Under the pieces are notes generated by a model that did not search any database, was not told the DNA's origin, and worked only from the letters and a program-made list of their open reading frames with translations. Below are positions 52,474 to 63,293 of a stretch of DNA of 64,000 bases, one piece after another. The translations under genes were made by a program, and so were the position numbers. This DNA comes from an uncultured delta proteobacterium (lineage in GTDB: Bacteria > Myxococcota_A > Polyangia > Polyangiales > Polyangiaceae): positions 352,001 to 416,000 of the forward strand of contig CAVQUB010000021.1 of assembly GCA_963716725.1 (NCBI GenBank). The letters run 5' to 3'. Numbering within the stretch: position 1 is the first letter of the stretch; every line of letters starts with the position of its first letter.

Positions 52474-55191
52474 ATGAAACCCTTGCTGGAAAAACACTGG
52501 CACCACCTGCCTCGGGACGAGGTGCTGGACCTGCTCGACACCGATGCGAAGAAAGGCCTGGACCGTTTCGAGGTCGAGGAGCGACAGCAGAACTTCGGTC
52601 CCAACGTTCTGACGCAGCGCAAGGGCAAGGGGCCACTGCTGCGTTTCCTGCTGCAGTTTCACCAGGCGCTGGTCTATATCCTGCTGGCCGCGGTCGTGAT
52701 CAAACTCATGCTGGGCGCCTGGGTGGATGCCAGCGTGATTTTCGGCGTGGTCCTGCTCAATTCCATCATCGGCTTCGTGCAGGAGGGCAAGGCCCTGAGC
52801 GCACTGGCGGCGCTGGCAAGCGCGCTGACCACGGCTGCCACTGTGGTGCGCGCCGGCGAGAAGCATCGCATAGACGCCCGTGAACTGGTGCCCGGCGATA
52901 TTGTTTTACTGGCCTCCGGCGACAAGGTACCGGCGGACCTGCGCCTGCTGCACGACCGTAACCTGCAGATCGACGAATCCGCCTTGACCGGCGAGTCAGT
53001 GCCGGTGGAGAAGTGTTTGGGCGAACTGGCCCACGACGCCGTGCTGGCGGAGCGCGCCAACATGGCCTATTCCTCCACCCTGGTGACCTATGGCACCGGG
53101 GTCGGCGTAGTCACCGAAACCGGCGACAGCACCGAGATCGGCCGCATCTCAGAACTGATCGCCGGCGCCGAAGTGTTGGCCACGCCGCTGACCCGCAAGA
53201 TTGCCCGCTTCAGTCACGTACTGCTCTATGCGATTATCGTGCTGGCAGGCCTGACCTTCGCCGTAGGCCTGTGGCACGGGGGCTCGGCGGTGGACATGTT
53301 TATGGCCGCCGTAGCGATGGCTGTCGCCATGATCCCGGAAGGACTACCCGCCGTCCTTACCATCACCCTGGCCATCGGTGTAGCACGCATGGCCAAACGC
53401 CATGCCATCATCCGCCATCTACCTGCAGTCGAGACCCTCGGCAGCACAACCGTGATCTGCTCGGACAAGACCGGCACCCTGACCCGCAACGAGATGACAG
53501 TGCAGCGTCTCTGGGCGGGTAACAAAATGGTCGAGGTCACCGGCGTGGGTAACACGCCGCAAGGCGAACTGTCGCAAAATGGCCAGGCGCTGGCGCTCAG
53601 CGATCACACTGCCCTATCGGAATTGCTACGTGCTGGCCTGCTATGCAACGACGCAGTGCTCAAGCAGGAGAATGGCGCCTGGAAGATAGAAGGTGACCCC
53701 ACCGAAGCTGCACTGCTGGTCGCGGCCGGCAAGGCCGGGGTCGATGCGGAAAAAACACATGAAGCCTACCCCAGACTCGATGCAATTCCCTTCGAGTCAC
53801 AGCACCAGTACATGGCCACCCTGCATGGCGGTGACAAACCGGTTATCTATCTCAAGGGCTCGGTCGAGAGCCTGCTTGCACGCTGTGCCGATGTCCTGAG
53901 CGCCGACGGTGAGAGCCGGCCGCTGGACACTGCCGAGGTGCATGCCCAGGTCGAGGCAATGGCGCGTCAGGGCATGCGGGTGCTGGCATTCGCCCGTCTC
54001 AATGTTCAACCGGATACCACAGCAGTCGATCACCCACAGGTTGAGGGCGGCCTCACCTTTATCGGGCTGCAGGGCATGATCGATCCACCACGCGAGGAGG
54101 CCATCCTCGCAGTCAAAGAATGTCAATCGGCAGGCATCCAGGTCAAGATGATCACTGGTGATCACGCCACAACGGCGGCAGCCATCGCGGGTCAGATCGG
54201 TTTGGGCGGCCCGCTGCCAGATGGCGAGGTCCCGGACGTGCTAACCGGTAGTGAACTGGCGGCGCTGAGCGACGCCGAACTTATAGACGCTGCCGCCGAT
54301 ATCGAGGTGTTCGCCCGCGTTACGCCGGAACAGAAGCTGCGCCTGGTGGAAGCCCTGCAAGCACGCGGCGAGGTGGCGGCCATGACCGGCGACGGGGTCA
54401 ACGATGCCCCGGCCCTGCGCCGCGCTGATATCGGCGTGGCCATGGGCATCAACGGTACCGAGGTGTCGAAGGAGGCCGCCGACATGATACTTACCGACGA
54501 CAACTTTGCCACCATCGGAGCGGCGGTGGAGGAAGGCCGTGGTGTATTCGCCAATCTAACCAAGTTCATCACCTGGATCCTGCCGACCAACGCCGGCCAG
54601 GGACTGGTGATTATCGTCGCGGTGATGGCGGCCCAGCCGTTGCCGGTATTGCCGGTGCAGGCGCTATGGATCAACATGACGACCGCCGTGCTGCTCGGCC
54701 TAGCCCTGGCCTTCGAGCCCAGGGAGCCGGGCATTATGCGGCGCCCGCCGCGCCGGCCGGATGTGCCTATCCTCGGCGGTGAACTGATTGTCCGCATCCT
54801 GCTGGTGGGTCTGCTGCTGCTGATCGGCGGCTTCGGTCTGTTCGAATGGGCCCTGTACCGGGGCGCCAGCGAAGACGAGGCGCGCACTATCGCGGTCAAT
54901 GTGTTTGCCGTGGGGCAGTCCTTCTACCTGCTCAACTGCCGCTCGCTGCGCTTTTCGATGTTTCGCCTCGGTTTGTTCAGCAACCCGTGGATCTGGGCCG
55001 GTATCGCCGCCATGATAGTGGCGCAACTCCTGTTCACCTATCTGCCGGTGATGAACTGGCTGTTCCATACCGCGCCAATCGGCTGGATGGACTGGCTGCA
55101 CATCGTGTTGGTCGGACTGGTGATCTATCTGGCCATCGGTGCGGAAAAGGCGTGGCGGCTGCGGCGTGAGGCGGGTGACAGTGAAACATGA
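52474..55191 (+). CDS. Cation-transporting P-type ATPase
   Basis: TGES, IPEGLP, CSDKTGTLT and MTGDGVND motifs. Confidence 0.95.
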   Translation: MKPLLEKHWHHLPRDEVLDLLDTDAKKGLDRFEVEERQQNFGPNVLTQRKGKGPLLRFLLQFHQALVYILLAAVVIKLMLGAWVDASVIFGVVLLNSIIGFVQEGKALSALAALASALTTAATVVRAGEKHRIDARELVPGDIVLLASGDKVPADLRLLHDRNLQIDESALTGESVPVEKCLGELAHDAVLAERANMAYSSTLVTYGTGVGVVTETGDSTEIGRISELIAGAEVLATPLTRKIARFSHVLLYAIIVLAGLTFAVGLWHGGSAVDMFMAAVAMAVAMIPEGLPAVLTITLAIGVARMAKRHAIIRHLPAVETLGSTTVICSDKTGTLTRNEMTVQRLWAGNKMVEVTGVGNTPQGELSQNGQALALSDHTALSELLRAGLLCNDAVLKQENGAWKIEGDPTEAALLVAAGKAGVDAEKTHEAYPRLDAIPFESQHQYMATLHGGDKPVIYLKGSVESLLARCADVLSADGESRPLDTAEVHAQVEAMARQGMRVLAFARLNVQPDTTAVDHPQVEGGLTFIGLQGMIDPPREEAILAVKECQSAGIQVKMITGDHATTAAAIAGQIGLGGPLPDGEVPDVLTGSELAALSDAELIDAAADIEVFARVTPEQKLRLVEALQARGEVAAMTGDGVNDAPALRRADIGVAMGINGTEVSKEAADMILTDDNFATIGAAVEEGRGVFANLTKFITWILPTNAGQGLVIIVAVMAAQPLPVLPVQALWINMTTAVLLGLALAFEPREPGIMRRPPRRPDVPILGGELIVRILLVGLLLLIGGFGLFEWALYRGASEDEARTIAVNVFAVGQSFYLLNCRSLRFSMFRLGLFSNPWIWAGIAAMIVAQLLFTYLPVMNWLFHTAPIGWMDWLHIVLVGLVIYLAIGAEKAWRLRREAGDSET

Positions 55192-55321
55192 AATGGTCCT
55201 GGACACTAAGCTGCCTGTCCGCGGTCATCAACGACCAAAGGATTTCAAAGCGGGTCGCGCGACATGGCGAGGTGATGGAGTTTAGGAAAGACAACAAGTT
55301 TGTTGAAAAGGTAACTGATAG

Positions 55322-55501
55322 ATGAATGAGAATCCCATCTTAATATCAGACCCGTCCGTTATGGACTGGGTAGTCGGACTCATGCTTCCAGCTGGTCTTG
55401 GGATTGTAGGTGCCATAGTGGTATGGCGCACCGCCCGAATGCTCAAGCGCTTAAGCAGAAAATCGAATCGGAAAGGAAGGTCGTCTGGAGAGAAGCCATG
55501 A
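55322..55501 (+). CDS. Possible small single-TM protein
   Basis: MNENPILISDPSVMDWVVGLMLPAGLGIVGAIVVWRTARMLKRLSRK...: hydrophobic helix followed by a basic tail. Confidence 0.35.
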   Translation: MNENPILISDPSVMDWVVGLMLPAGLGIVGAIVVWRTARMLKRLSRKSNRKGRSSGEKP

Positions 55502-55559
55502 GAAATCAGCAATGCGCGTCGCGGCGATCGATATTAGCTCTGTGGGATTGGCGATGGAA

Positions 55560-55747
55560 ATTATGTGCCGTTCATCGAACGGTTCTTTGACACCCGGACG
55601 GTGGACTTCGTACATGGCGTGGAAATCATTGCGCTGGGCATGGCGCTTTTTATGATTCTTGAACTGGAAAAACTCGCACTGCGCAAGTGGCGCAGGAAGC
55701 ACGATGGCCGCCACGGCAGTGCAGGGCGGAGCGAGGCCAAATCATGA
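55560..55747 (+). pseudogene. C-terminal remnant of another P-type ATPase
   Basis: YVPFIERFFDTRTV...GMALFMILELEK parallels YLPVMNWLFHTAPI...GLVIYLAIGAEK of the upstream ATPase. Confidence 0.55.
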
Positions 55748-57411
55748 CGGTGTTCCCGGACGTGTTCACTGAGATGGCGGTGCTGCTGCTGTTTGCCGCG
55801 GCGGTGGGTGCTCTGGGCGTACGCCTGCGCCAGCCCTTGATCGTCGCCTTTATCGCTGTGGGAATAATGGTTGGCCCGTCGGTGCTCGGTTGGGTCAGTG
55901 CGAACGACAAGGTCGATTTGCTGGCAAAGTTCGGGATCACGCTGCTGCTGTTCGTCGTTGGCTTGAAACTGGACCTGCACATTATCCGCACCATGGGGCC
56001 GGTCGCCCTGGCGACGGGACTCGGCCAGGTGATATTCACCAGCGTCGTCGGCTACCTGATCGGTTACGCCTTTGGCATGACGCCGGTCACGGCCCTGTAT
56101 GTAGCGGTCGCGTTGACATTCTCCAGCACCATCATCATCGTCAAATTGCTTTCCGACAAACGCGAGGTGGATACGCTGCACGGTCGAATCGCCCTGGGTT
56201 TCCTGATCGTGCAGGATCTGGTCGTCGTGTTGGTCATGATTGGCCTGAATGCCCTGGGTGCCAGCGGTGATGTCTCGTGGACCCAAGCGGCATTCGCCGT
56301 ACTAGTCAAGGGTGTGGGGTTTCTTCTGCTGGTCGGGTTGGCGATGCGGTACCTGCTACCGCGGCTGCTCCACATGCTGTCACGCTCCCAGGAATTGCTG
56401 GTGTTGTTCGGCATTGCCTGGGGATTAGCCTTGGCGGCCCTTGGGGTGACGCTCGGTTTCAGCAAGGAGGTGGGTGCCTTTGTCGCCGGCGTGTCACTGG
56501 CCTCCACGCCTTACCGGGACGCCCTCGGCGCGCGCCTGACGAGCGTGCGCGACTTTCTGTTGCTGTTCTTCTTTCTCGACCTGGGGGCGCAACTCGACCT
56601 GGGGCTGCTGGGTGCCCAACTGGTGGAGTCGCTGGTGTTCTCGCTGTTCGTCCTGATCGGTAATCCCCTCATCGTCATGGTCATCATGGGCGTACTGGGT
56701 TATCGCAGTCGTACCGGGTTCCTGGCCGGGCTCACGGTGGCGCAGATCAGCGAATTCTCCTTGATCCTGGGGGCGCTGGGTCTGAGCCTCGGCCACATAA
56801 GCGCCGAGACCATGGGCCTGATAACCCTGGTCGGGTTGATCACCATCAGCGCCTCTACGTACATGATCATCTATTCTCATCCGCTGTATGAGCGCCTGGC
56901 GCCCTGGCTCGGGGTCTTCGAGCGCCGACAGCCTCATCGGGAGGCCGTGCAGGATAGCGTGCCGGATGATGCGGTGCCATTGGTCGTGTTGTTCGGGCTG
57001 GGGCGTTACGGCAACGGCATCGCCCGGACGTTGCGTGAAAGGGGCTGGCGGGTGCTCGGCGTCGATTTCAACCCGGACCTGGTTCGCGCGGGAGACGCCA
57101 CGGGACACCCGGTCATGTTCGGAGATGCCGAAGATCCCGAGTACATCGCAACGTTGCCGCTTGGACGAACACATTGGGTAGTGAGTACAGCGCGTGAACG
57201 CCACGTCAATCTATCGCTTATCCACTCGCTGCGCAGTCTCGGTTACAGCCGCCGGATCGCTATTACGGTGCAATCGCCGGATGACGCGGCCAGACTGGAA
57301 CATGCGGGCGCCGATCTGATTCTGGTGCCGTATGCGGACGCCGCCCGCGAGGCGGCTGATCGTATCATGGGGCCGGGATATGAGCCGCAACCGTTACAGG
57401 AGGCGCAATGA
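55744..57411 (+). CDS. CPA2 cation:proton antiporter with TrkA-N domain (Kef-like)
   Basis: Multi-TM; QISEFS; GLGRYG...GDAED motifs. Confidence 0.9.
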   Translation: MTVFPDVFTEMAVLLLFAAAVGALGVRLRQPLIVAFIAVGIMVGPSVLGWVSANDKVDLLAKFGITLLLFVVGLKLDLHIIRTMGPVALATGLGQVIFTSVVGYLIGYAFGMTPVTALYVAVALTFSSTIIIVKLLSDKREVDTLHGRIALGFLIVQDLVVVLVMIGLNALGASGDVSWTQAAFAVLVKGVGFLLLVGLAMRYLLPRLLHMLSRSQELLVLFGIAWGLALAALGVTLGFSKEVGAFVAGVSLASTPYRDALGARLTSVRDFLLLFFFLDLGAQLDLGLLGAQLVESLVFSLFVLIGNPLIVMVIMGVLGYRSRTGFLAGLTVAQISEFSLILGALGLSLGHISAETMGLITLVGLITISASTYMIIYSHPLYERLAPWLGVFERRQPHREAVQDSVPDDAVPLVVLFGLGRYGNGIARTLRERGWRVLGVDFNPDLVRAGDATGHPVMFGDAEDPEYIATLPLGRTHWVVSTARERHVNLSLIHSLRSLGYSRRIAITVQSPDDAARLEHAGADLILVPYADAAREAADRIMGPGYEPQPLQEAQ

Positions 57412-57432
57412 TTCTGAACCGGGAGGGAGCAT

Positions 57433-57939
57433 ATGAATAAGACGGATCAAGGTCTTGATTGGTCGACGGTCGTGTCGCGGGCGCTGCTGTTCTCAATCAT
57501 GTGGTGGGCGCTCACCGATGGTACGGCCGGGTCCTTGTGGATCGGTGTGCCGGCGGTGATATGTGCGACGGTCGTCAGTGTGGCGCTGGTACCGCCGTTA
57601 GGTCTTGTCTGGAGGGAAGTGATGGGATTTGTACCCTTCTTCCTTTGGCATTCGCTGAAAGGGGGCGTGGATGTGGCGTGGCGGGCGTTTCATCCGCGTC
57701 TGCCAATCACGCCGGAACTTATTGAGTACCCGCTTCGACTGCCGCCAGGCCTGCCAAGGGTGATCCTGGTCAATACGGTGAGCTTGCTGCCGGGTACGCT
57801 AAGCGCGGAACTGGGTGGCCAAGTATTGAAGGCTCATGTATTGGATAGTCTGGGAGACTTTCTGGCTGAACTGGAGACTTTGGAACAACGCGTGGGGTGC
57901 ATGTTTAGAAGCGCCTCTGATGATTTCCCGCGGAGGTGA
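57433..57939 (+). CDS. mnhE: Mrp/Mnh Na+/H+ antiporter subunit E
   Basis: GGVDVAWRAFHP...NTVSLLPGTLS...HVLD. Confidence 0.85.
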   Translation: MNKTDQGLDWSTVVSRALLFSIMWWALTDGTAGSLWIGVPAVICATVVSVALVPPLGLVWREVMGFVPFFLWHSLKGGVDVAWRAFHPRLPITPELIEYPLRLPPGLPRVILVNTVSLLPGTLSAELGGQVLKAHVLDSLGDFLAELETLEQRVGCMFRSASDDFPRR

Positions 57940-58928
57940 ATGAGATGCAACGATTCAAAAAGATTCTTTGTGTAATGGAACATGGGGAGGCCAGTAAGCC
58001 CGCATTGGAAAGGGCGGTGGCACTGGCCGAGAACAACCAGGCTGAACTGATGGTTGTGGATGTGATTCCACGCTTATCGGCCGGTATCGGTATGCCCGAT
58101 GGCAGCCCGATCTCTCGAGACTACCAGGCGGCAATGGTGAGCGAGCATGAAGCGCGGATAGCGGCCCTTGTTGAACCATACCTTCAACGACTTGATATCC
58201 AGCACAAGGTGTTGCTGGGGACATCCTTTCTCGAGGTCATCCGAGCGGTATTGCGCAACGGGCATGATCTGGTGATCAAGTGTCCCGAATCGCCGAGCTG
58301 GCTGGATCGCTTTTTCTCCGGTGACGACATGCACCTGCTGCGTAAGTGTCCCTGCCCCGTCTGGCTTGTCAAACCTGAGGCACCCAGATCCTATAAACGC
58401 ATCCTGGCAGCCGTGGATGTGGATGAATCGTATTTGCCAACGGAGCTGGCGACACGGCACGCATTGAACGTTCAAATTCTGGAAATGGCGGCCTCCCTGG
58501 CGCTCTCGGAGTTCGCCGATCTGCATGTTGTGCATGTCTGGGATTCTGTTTACGAATCAATCAGCGGTTTTGTTATTTCATCAGATATATCGCCAGAGAA
58601 AGAAGCCTTGAATGTTGAACAAGAGCGGAGACAGCATCAACAGTGGCTGGACACATTTTTGCGCAACAGTGGGAACAAAGCGACCCGGGATGCCCTGGGC
58701 TATCTCAAGTCCCAAACCCACCTGATAAAAGGGGGAGCCCGCAAGGAAATCCCGGCGCTGGCCAAACGTTTGCAGGTCGACTGCATCGTCATGGGGACCG
58801 TGGCACGTACGGGTATTCGCGGCTTCTTCATGGGCAATACTGCGGAGACCATTCTCGAGCAGATCGATTGCTCGGTGCTGGCGATCAAACCGCCCGGCTT
58901 CGTCACCCCCGTCGCTCTGGAGGATTGA
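57936..58928 (+). CDS. Universal stress protein (UspE-like, tandem domains)
   Basis: DMHLLRKCPCPVWLVK and MGTVARTGIRGFFMGNTAE motifs. Confidence 0.9.
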   Translation: MNEMQRFKKILCVMEHGEASKPALERAVALAENNQAELMVVDVIPRLSAGIGMPDGSPISRDYQAAMVSEHEARIAALVEPYLQRLDIQHKVLLGTSFLEVIRAVLRNGHDLVIKCPESPSWLDRFFSGDDMHLLRKCPCPVWLVKPEAPRSYKRILAAVDVDESYLPTELATRHALNVQILEMAASLALSEFADLHVVHVWDSVYESISGFVISSDISPEKEALNVEQERRQHQQWLDTFLRNSGNKATRDALGYLKSQTHLIKGGARKEIPALAKRLQVDCIVMGTVARTGIRGFFMGNTAETILEQIDCSVLAIKPPGFVTPVALED

Positions 58929-58934
58929 TCGGGC

Positions 58935-59660
58935 ATGCAGCCTCTTTACCTGGCACTGTTTCTGCTGCTGAACCTGGGTGCCGGCATGTGGCGGGTCTTA
59001 CGTGGTCCGACCGCCGCTGATCGTATGCTGGCCGCGCAGCTGTTAGCGATGGCGCCGCTCGGCCTGGTTTGGGTAATGGCCGGGCTGGTGCCGGCGATAA
59101 CGATCTTGTTGGCTATGGCGGTCATCGCCTTGCTGGCGGGTAACAGTCTTTTTCATGGGGATATCGACTTGTCGGCTGAATCGGTAGGGAAATACGCACC
59201 TTCAGCAGCACCGGCTTCACGCCCTTGTAAGGCCCCGTTCATTTCAACATGGGTGGTTGCTGCACTGATCGTGGTCGCGACGCTTGCAGCAGGTTACCAA
59301 CTCTTCCACGTCACAATAGGGGAAGCCGTCATGGGCCGCTTTATTGTCCTGGCGTCCATATCAATGGCAGTTCTGAACGCGAGATGGCGCGTGCTTCGAC
59401 TGCCGGTCTTTGCTCCAGGTGATGTCCTGGTACCCATCACCCAAGGTTTGGTGCTGGCCAGAGAAGGGGCTGGCCGATTACTTGCCCACTGTGTGGAACG
59501 CTGGACTGAAATCACGCAGGCACTGGATCGGCATGTGCGATCCCTCATGACGAGAAGCGATATCGCCGGATTGCTGGAAGAGATGCTCCTTCGTTGGAGC
59601 CCTGCGCTGTCGCTGTTGTTGCTGCTGGGGTTATTGGTTGCATGGTTGGCGGCATCATGA
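58935..59660 (+). pseudogene. Fusion of an MnhF N-terminus to the tail of a large Mrp-type subunit (deletion product)
   Basis: WRVLRGPTAADRMLAAQL is MnhF-like and is abruptly followed by an unrelated membrane sequence with a PGD motif. Confidence 0.55.
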
Positions 59661-59838
59661 TGTGTTTCGGAAAGTCGTTCATCTGGCAGAAGGCATCGAT
59701 AATGAAACACCCGTTCGCACCACACTGCTGCTCTACAAGGCGAAAACCTTGCACGGTGTCGGGCTTCTGGCGTGATCCTTTGAGCCTGTTCGACTTTACC
59801 GTTATGGCGATCGCGCAATCCGACGCGGGGCGAGCTCG

Positions 59839-62523
59839 ATGAAGCTTGAACTTGACTTGGAAAGGCAAGCAATTACTGCCTGGCACACCTTGAAGGCGGA
59901 CGAGTGCGCCTCGCGGTTGCAAGTGGAGGCCGCGAACGGGCTGGATCCGGCGGAGGTGCAGGAGCGCCTGGAGCACCATGGCGAAAACCGTCTTGCCGAG
60001 AAGCCACCACGGCCCAAATGGCTCGCCTTCCTTGATCAGTTCAAGAGCCTTCTGATCCTGGTGTTGGTCGGGGCCGCCTGGCTGGCGGGCGCCATCGGCG
60101 ATATCAAGGACGCGGTGGTGATCATGATCGTGGTATTGTTCAATGCGTTGCTCGGCTTCTGGCAGGAACGCCGGGCCGAGCAAACATTGGCGGCGCTTAA
60201 GAAAATGCTCTCGCCAGCGGCCCGTGTGCGCCGCGGAGGCCGTGTCGAGGAGATCGACGCCAGGTATCTGGTGCCGGGAGACGTCGCGTTACTGGTAGCG
60301 GGTGGCCGGGTGCCGGCGGATGGTCGGCTGCTGGTCACCCACAATGCCGAGGTCGACGAGTCCGCGCTCACTGGCGAGTCCCACCCGGTGGGCAAAGAGG
60401 CGTACGGGCTGCTCCCGGACAAGGCACCGCTGGCTGAACGCACCAACATGGCCTTCATGAACACGGTAGTTACCCGTGGACGGGCGGAATTGCTGGTGAC
60501 CGGCACCGGTATGGCCACCGAGATGGGGCGGCTCTCCGATATGTTGGCCGAGGCGGAGCCCGGCCCCACCCCGCTTCAGGTCCAGCTCGACGGGCTTGGT
60601 CACCGGCTGGCGCTAATCGCCGGCGTGGTGATCACGCTGATCTTCTCCCTGGGATTGCTACGGGGCGAGCCATTGGTGCAGACCGTCCTCACCTCTATCG
60701 CATTGGCGGTGGCCGCCATACCGGAAGGTTTGCCGGCCGTGGTGACGTTGACACTCGCCATCGGCATGCACCGCATGGCCCGGCACCGTGCCATCGTCAA
60801 GAAGTTGGCTGCGGTGGAAACCCTCGGCTGCACCACGGTTATCTGCTCGGACAAGACCGGCACCCTCACCCTGAACCAGATGACCGCGCGCGCCCTGGTC
60901 TACGGAGGACGGCGTTTTGCGGTCTCCGGTGAGGGTTACGCCGCAGAGGGAATGATCGAAGCAGAGGACGGCAGCCTGCTGCCGGCTCTCGAGCCGCTAC
61001 TGCATCCAGCGGCGCTGGCTAATGACAGCCGCATTCGCGACGGGCAGCTGATCGGTGATCCCACCGAAGGGGCATTGCTAGCACTGGTGGCCAAAGGCGG
61101 GCTGGATGTTGAGTCACTAGCGGCGCACCATCCGCGCATCGCCGAGATCCCCTTCGATTCAGCACACAAATTCCAGGCCACCTTCCACCAAGATGGCGAA
61201 TTGGTGCACCTCTACGTGAAAGGCGCGCCGGACGTGCTGCTCGCCCGCGCAAGCCGCCAGCTCGAACCCGACGGTGCCCGCCCGCTGGATGCGGGTTACT
61301 GGCAGGCCGAGAACGAACGGCTCGCCGGCAGCGCCATGCGGGTCTTGGCGGTGGCCGCCAAGACCCTCCCGGCAAAGGCGTTCGACCCGGCTGGCGATTT
61401 GATGGTCCATGTGGCCGAGCTCGATTTTGCCGCGCTGATCGGCATCATCGACCCGCCGCGCCCGGAGGCACGCGATGCCATCGCCCTGTGCCGACGCGCC
61501 GGGATTGAGGTCAAGATGATCACCGGCGACCACAAGATTACCGCCGCCGCTATCGCCCGGGAACTGGGGCTGGAGGGCGAGGTGATCGAGGGGTGGGAGC
61601 TGGATGCGCTTTCGGCAGAGACGCTGGCTACGAAGATCAAAGACATTGCTGTGTTTGCTCGTGTCGCCCCAGAGCACAAGGTGCGCATCGTGCAGGCGCT
61701 GAAGGCCGACGGCCACGTCACTGCCATGACCGGCGATGGGGTCAACGACGCCCCGGCGCTGAAACACGCCGATATCGGTGTGGCCATGGGCGTAACCGGT
61801 ACCGAGGTGACCAAGGAAGCGGCCACCATGGTACTGACCGACGACAACTTCGCCACCATTGTGCGGGCGGTCAGGGAGGGACGCGCCATCTACGACAACA
61901 TCGTCAAGTTCGTGCGCTTCCAGCTCTCCACCAACATGGGTGCCATCCAGACCGTGCTGGGCGCGAGCCTGCTGGGCTGGTCCACGCCATTCACCGCGAT
62001 CCAGATCTTGTGGATCAACATCATCATGGACGGCCCGCCGGCCATGAGCCTGGGCGTGGAGCCCGCGCGCGACGGGATCATGGACGAGCCGCCGCGACAG
62101 ACTGATGCCCGCATACTGACCGGGCCGAGGCTGGGGCGCCTGCTTGTTTACGGTCTGACCATGGCGGTCGGCACGCTGGGTCTGTTCCACTACGCCCAGC
62201 CCCGGGGCGAGGCCTATGCCCTGACGCTGGCCTTTACCACCTTCGTGCTGTTCCAGTTCTTCAACCTGTTTAATGCCCGCGCCGAGCACGGTTCGGCGTT
62301 CAATGGTCACTTCTTCCGTAACCGCTGGATATGGCTCTCCTTGGCGGCGGTGCTGACGCTGCAGGCATTGGTTGTCCATTGGGCGCCCTTGCAAGACGTA
62401 TTCGGCACCGCCGACCTGCAGCTTTCGGACTGGGGTTTATCAGCGTTGGTCGCTTCAAGCGTGCTGCTGCTGGACGAGGGACGCAAGCTGATTCTGCGGC
62501 TGTCCACAGGTGGTTCGCGATGA
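59839..62523 (+). CDS. Cation-transporting P-type ATPase (close relative of 22729..25428)
   Basis: DKTGTLT, YDNIVKFVRFQLSTN and INIIMDGPPAM motifs. Confidence 0.95.
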   Translation: MKLELDLERQAITAWHTLKADECASRLQVEAANGLDPAEVQERLEHHGENRLAEKPPRPKWLAFLDQFKSLLILVLVGAAWLAGAIGDIKDAVVIMIVVLFNALLGFWQERRAEQTLAALKKMLSPAARVRRGGRVEEIDARYLVPGDVALLVAGGRVPADGRLLVTHNAEVDESALTGESHPVGKEAYGLLPDKAPLAERTNMAFMNTVVTRGRAELLVTGTGMATEMGRLSDMLAEAEPGPTPLQVQLDGLGHRLALIAGVVITLIFSLGLLRGEPLVQTVLTSIALAVAAIPEGLPAVVTLTLAIGMHRMARHRAIVKKLAAVETLGCTTVICSDKTGTLTLNQMTARALVYGGRRFAVSGEGYAAEGMIEAEDGSLLPALEPLLHPAALANDSRIRDGQLIGDPTEGALLALVAKGGLDVESLAAHHPRIAEIPFDSAHKFQATFHQDGELVHLYVKGAPDVLLARASRQLEPDGARPLDAGYWQAENERLAGSAMRVLAVAAKTLPAKAFDPAGDLMVHVAELDFAALIGIIDPPRPEARDAIALCRRAGIEVKMITGDHKITAAAIARELGLEGEVIEGWELDALSAETLATKIKDIAVFARVAPEHKVRIVQALKADGHVTAMTGDGVNDAPALKHADIGVAMGVTGTEVTKEAATMVLTDDNFATIVRAVREGRAIYDNIVKFVRFQLSTNMGAIQTVLGASLLGWSTPFTAIQILWINIIMDGPPAMSLGVEPARDGIMDEPPRQTDARILTGPRLGRLLVYGLTMAVGTLGLFHYAQPRGEAYALTLAFTTFVLFQFFNLFNARAEHGSAFNGHFFRNRWIWLSLAAVLTLQALVVHWAPLQDVFGTADLQLSDWGLSALVASSVLLLDEGRKLILRLSTGGSR

Positions 62524-62557
62524 TCTGTACTGTTGCGTTATGTGGGTATTGCATAAG

Positions 62558-62573
62558 GTAACATAAATGCTAC
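62558..62573. promoter_or_regulatory. Palindromic operator of the TA operon
   Basis: GTAACAT-aa-ATGCTAC just upstream of the toxin start. Confidence 0.45.
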
Positions 62574-62585
62574 TATATAGGTCAT

Positions 62586-62918
62586 ATGATAGAGGTTAGA
62601 GAATACCTCGATGCTGAGGGAAACAGTCCTTATGCCAAATGGTTCGATCGTCTGAATGTGACCGCTGCGGTCAAGGTGGCGACGGCAGTTCATCGGATGG
62701 AGCTGGGTAACTTATCTAATGTTAAAGGTGTGGGTGCCGGCGTCTATGAGTACCGAATCGATTTTGGTCCTGGCTATCGAATCTACTTTGGCAAGGACGG
62801 AGACCGCTTGGTGATATTGCTCGCGGGTGGTACCAAGAAGCGGCAGGACGCAGACATTGCTGCTGCAAAAGAGCACTGGCGCGGCTATAAGCGCCGCAAA
62901 CGGCAAGAGGTGACATGA
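62586..62918 (+). CDS. Type II toxin, RelE/ParE (HigB-like addiction module killer)
   Basis: GVYEYRIDFGPGYRIYF...LLAGGTKKRQDADI. Confidence 0.9.
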   Translation: MIEVREYLDAEGNSPYAKWFDRLNVTAAVKVATAVHRMELGNLSNVKGVGAGVYEYRIDFGPGYRIYFGKDGDRLVILLAGGTKKRQDADIAAAKEHWRGYKRRKRQEVT

Positions 62919-63241
62919 TGGCTCTGACGAAAGATTTTAAGGACACCATACAGGCACGTGCCCAACGGGATCCCGCGTTTCGCAAGGCCCTGCTACAAGA
63001 AGGGGTCGAATGCCTGCTCGCTGGTGATGTCGATACCGGCAAGGCGGTATTGCGCGACTATATCAACGCGACGATCGGGTTCGAGGAACTCTCCCGGGTC
63101 TTCGACAAGTCGAGTAAGAGTTTGATGCGTATGTTCGGGCCGAAAGGGAATCCCCAGGCGAGTAACCTGTTTGCGGTGATCAATTACCTGCAGGAGCAGG
63201 AGGGGGTACGCCTGGAAGTCAAAGCCCGGAAAGTGGCCTAG
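62915..63241 (+). CDS. HTH antitoxin (toxin-first organisation)
   Basis: Overlaps the toxin stop; GFEELS...KSLMRMFGPKGNP. Confidence 0.85.
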   Translation: MMALTKDFKDTIQARAQRDPAFRKALLQEGVECLLAGDVDTGKAVLRDYINATIGFEELSRVFDKSSKSLMRMFGPKGNPQASNLFAVINYLQEQEGVRLEVKARKVA

Positions 63242-63293
63242 GGTGTTGTTTAGAAGTGTTCAAGCGGCAATTTTTTCGAGTATTTTGAAGGAT

